DNA of 62,632 nt, filler included. It is 7 parts of 7 records of this genome, joined end to end, with 100 filler letters (N's around TTAATTAATTAA, not from the genome) between each part and the next. Parts side by side here need not be neighbours in the genome. Positions count along the whole stretch, not along the records: positions 54,145 to 62,632 come from SRR31156797_19249; 6 more parts are not named here. One strand, written 5' to 3'. Under the pieces are notes generated by a model, which was not told the origin of the DNA, did no database searches, and was given only the letters and a program-made list of their open reading frames with translations. This document shows, one piece after another, positions 61,368-62,632 of this stretch (positions within the stretch are counted from its first letter, which is position 1; the number at the start of each line of letters is the position of its first letter). A program made the position numbers and the translations under genes.

Positions 61368-61577
61368 TTGGTAAAAAGTAAAATTGGATCAAAACAAATT
61401 TTACGCGAGGCCTACAAATCGTAAGTAACCATTTGGTTCTTTACCCCTAAATCCCCTACAGGGGACTTTAAGCCTCCCTCTTTAGGGGAAGTTTGGAGGG
61501 GTATCTAAATCGGTTACAAATTGAAAGTTTCATTTCAAATAGTTTGCCTTTTGAGACAGCCTCACTCTCCCATGAAC

Positions 61578-61686
61578 AAAAAAACCGCCCTTGCGTACAA
61601 AGACGGTTATATATGTTGAGTAAGTTACCGATCTGCGTAAAGCAGTACTGCAACTTACGGAAGCGCGCCAACAAGAGTTGGCACGA
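61578..61686 (-). ncRNA. Candidate structured RNA ending in an intrinsic terminator
   Basis: Three consecutive hairpins whose G-U wobbles only work on the minus strand; the last has a UACG loop and a U7 tail. Confidence 0.4.
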
Positions 61687-62157
61687 CTATTTTGAATCAT
61701 TTAATTTTTTCTGAAAACAAATGCTGTTCTCCATTTCTTTATACTGGCCGTAGTTCGGAATGGTTTCATATCCTTTGCGTTTGTACAAACGAACGGCATC
61801 GGGTAGTCGTTTTCCTGTTTCTAAAATACACGACGAATAACCCAATTCCTTTGCCCAGTTCTCCAATTCAACTAAAATTGCCAAGGCAATTCCTTTGCCC
61901 CGGTATTCATCCAAAGTAAACATGCGCTTTATTTCCATGGTGTCAGCAGCAAATTCTTTAATGGCGCCACAGGCCACAGGTAAATCATTTTCGTACACCA
62001 CAATTACATGCTTGATGTTGTCAATTTGGTTGTATTGATTATAGAAATCGTGTTCGCGACCATCCATTCTGGCTAATAGCTTATCCAGCCTAGCAACCAG
62101 CTGAATAAAGTCCTTGTTTTTTGAATTAGTGCGAAGGATTTTCATAGTTGTAAGCAA
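61687..62157 (-). CDS. GNAT N-acetyltransferase
   Basis: EIKRMF...YRGKGIA, LETG...A..LY.R.GY, NYGQY. Confidence 0.9.
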   Translation of the reverse strand: MLTTMKILRTNSKNKDFIQLVARLDKLLARMDGREHDFYNQYNQIDNIKHVIVVYENDLPVACGAIKEFAADTMEIKRMFTLDEYRGKGIALAILVELENWAKELGYSSCILETGKRLPDAVRLYKRKGYETIPNYGQYKEMENSICFQKKLNDSK

Positions 62158-62159
62158 TG

Positions 62160-62186
62160 AGTCACCCGACTCGAAGTGGGGTGACT
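62160..62186. repeat. Palindromic element or terminator after metG
   Basis: AGTCACCCGACT-CGA-AGTGGGGTGACT. Confidence 0.5.
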
Positions 62187-62196
62187 TTATATTGAT

Positions 62197-62632
62197 TTAT
62201 CGAATTTCAGAGCCAGGTTTTACAGCTTTGTCTGGCGAAACAATAGAAAGCGATCCATCCGCATTTTCGGCACAAAGAATCATTCCTTGTGATTCAATTC
62301 CACGCAATTTTTTTGGGGCAAGGTTTACCAAAATAGAAACCTGCTTACCCACAAGTTCTTCAGGTTGGTAATATTCTGCAATTCCCGAAACTACCGTACG
62401 CTGGTCAATGCCGGTATCAATCTTTAGTTTCAATAATTTTTTGGTTTTGGCTACTTTCTCGCATTCAATCACGGTTCCGGCACGAACATCCATTTTCATA
62501 AAGTCGTCGAACTCAATATTGGCTTTTGCTGGTGAGGCCGTGGCTTCTGCAATTTCATTTGCTTTTTTGGTGTCCTGAAGTTTTTGCAATTGCGCTTCAA
62601 TCACTTTATCTTCAATTTTTTCAAAAAGCAAT
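62197..62632 (-). CDS. metG: Methionine-tRNA ligase, C-terminal tRNA-binding domain fragment
   Basis: LFEKIED...[13 protein letters not shown]...RTVVSGIA...[14 protein letters not shown]. Confidence 0.93.
   Translation of the reverse strand, partial: LLFEKIEDKVIEAQLQKLQDTKKANEIAEATASPAKANIEFDDFMKMDVRAGTVIECEKVAKTKKLLKLKIDTGIDQRTVVSGIAEYYQPEELVGKQVSILVNLAPKKLRGIESQGMILCAENADGSLSIVSPDKAVKPGSEIR

Noticed and set aside
61620-61660. SRP RNA or hammerhead interpretation of the structured region
   Set aside because: Lacks the SRP CAGG...GNRA...AGCAG symmetric loop geometry and the hammerhead CUGAnGA/GAAA core.

Overview
The window is not one locus. It is seven sequence segments joined by 100-nt spacers (N-runs around TTAATTAATTAA) at 6680-6779, 11920-12019, 17478-17577, 23355-23454, 36182-36281 and 54045-54144; this looks like a metagenomic or multi-genome concatenation, so no gene linkage should be read across spacers. 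(1) 1-6679: a defence island with a translationally coupled cluster of a degenerate N6-MTase-like gene, HsdS-like 1, a small winged-helix-like gene, an intact N6-MTase with a degenerate nuclease-like N-terminus and HsdS-like 2, followed by the start of a PHP-domain (TrlF/Ppl-like) gene missing from the ORF track. (2) 6780-11919, Desulfobacterota-like: DsrE protein, receiver protein, MITE-like element, NTT/MFS-HEAT-cNMP fusion and an FGE-family fragment. (3) 12020-17477, low GC: trkAH between IS6 remnants, plus a sugar ABC ATPase. (4,5) 17578-36181, Arcobacter/Campylobacterota-like: housekeeping genes, cheV, a cheY-A-R-D-B cluster, GGDEF, a divergent flagellin-like ORF, ilvBH, lpxD and ftsK. 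(6) 36282-54044, Bacteroidota: integron-cassette-like units (ParDE, M23) bounded by attC-like repeats, then accessory genes. (7) 54145-62632, Bacteroidota: mutA, fasciclin genes, a candidate structured RNA and metG. The best candidates for undescribed systems are the double-M/double-S RM-like cluster and the Bacteroidota cassette array. Taxonomic labels and family calls come from recalled motifs, not database searches.
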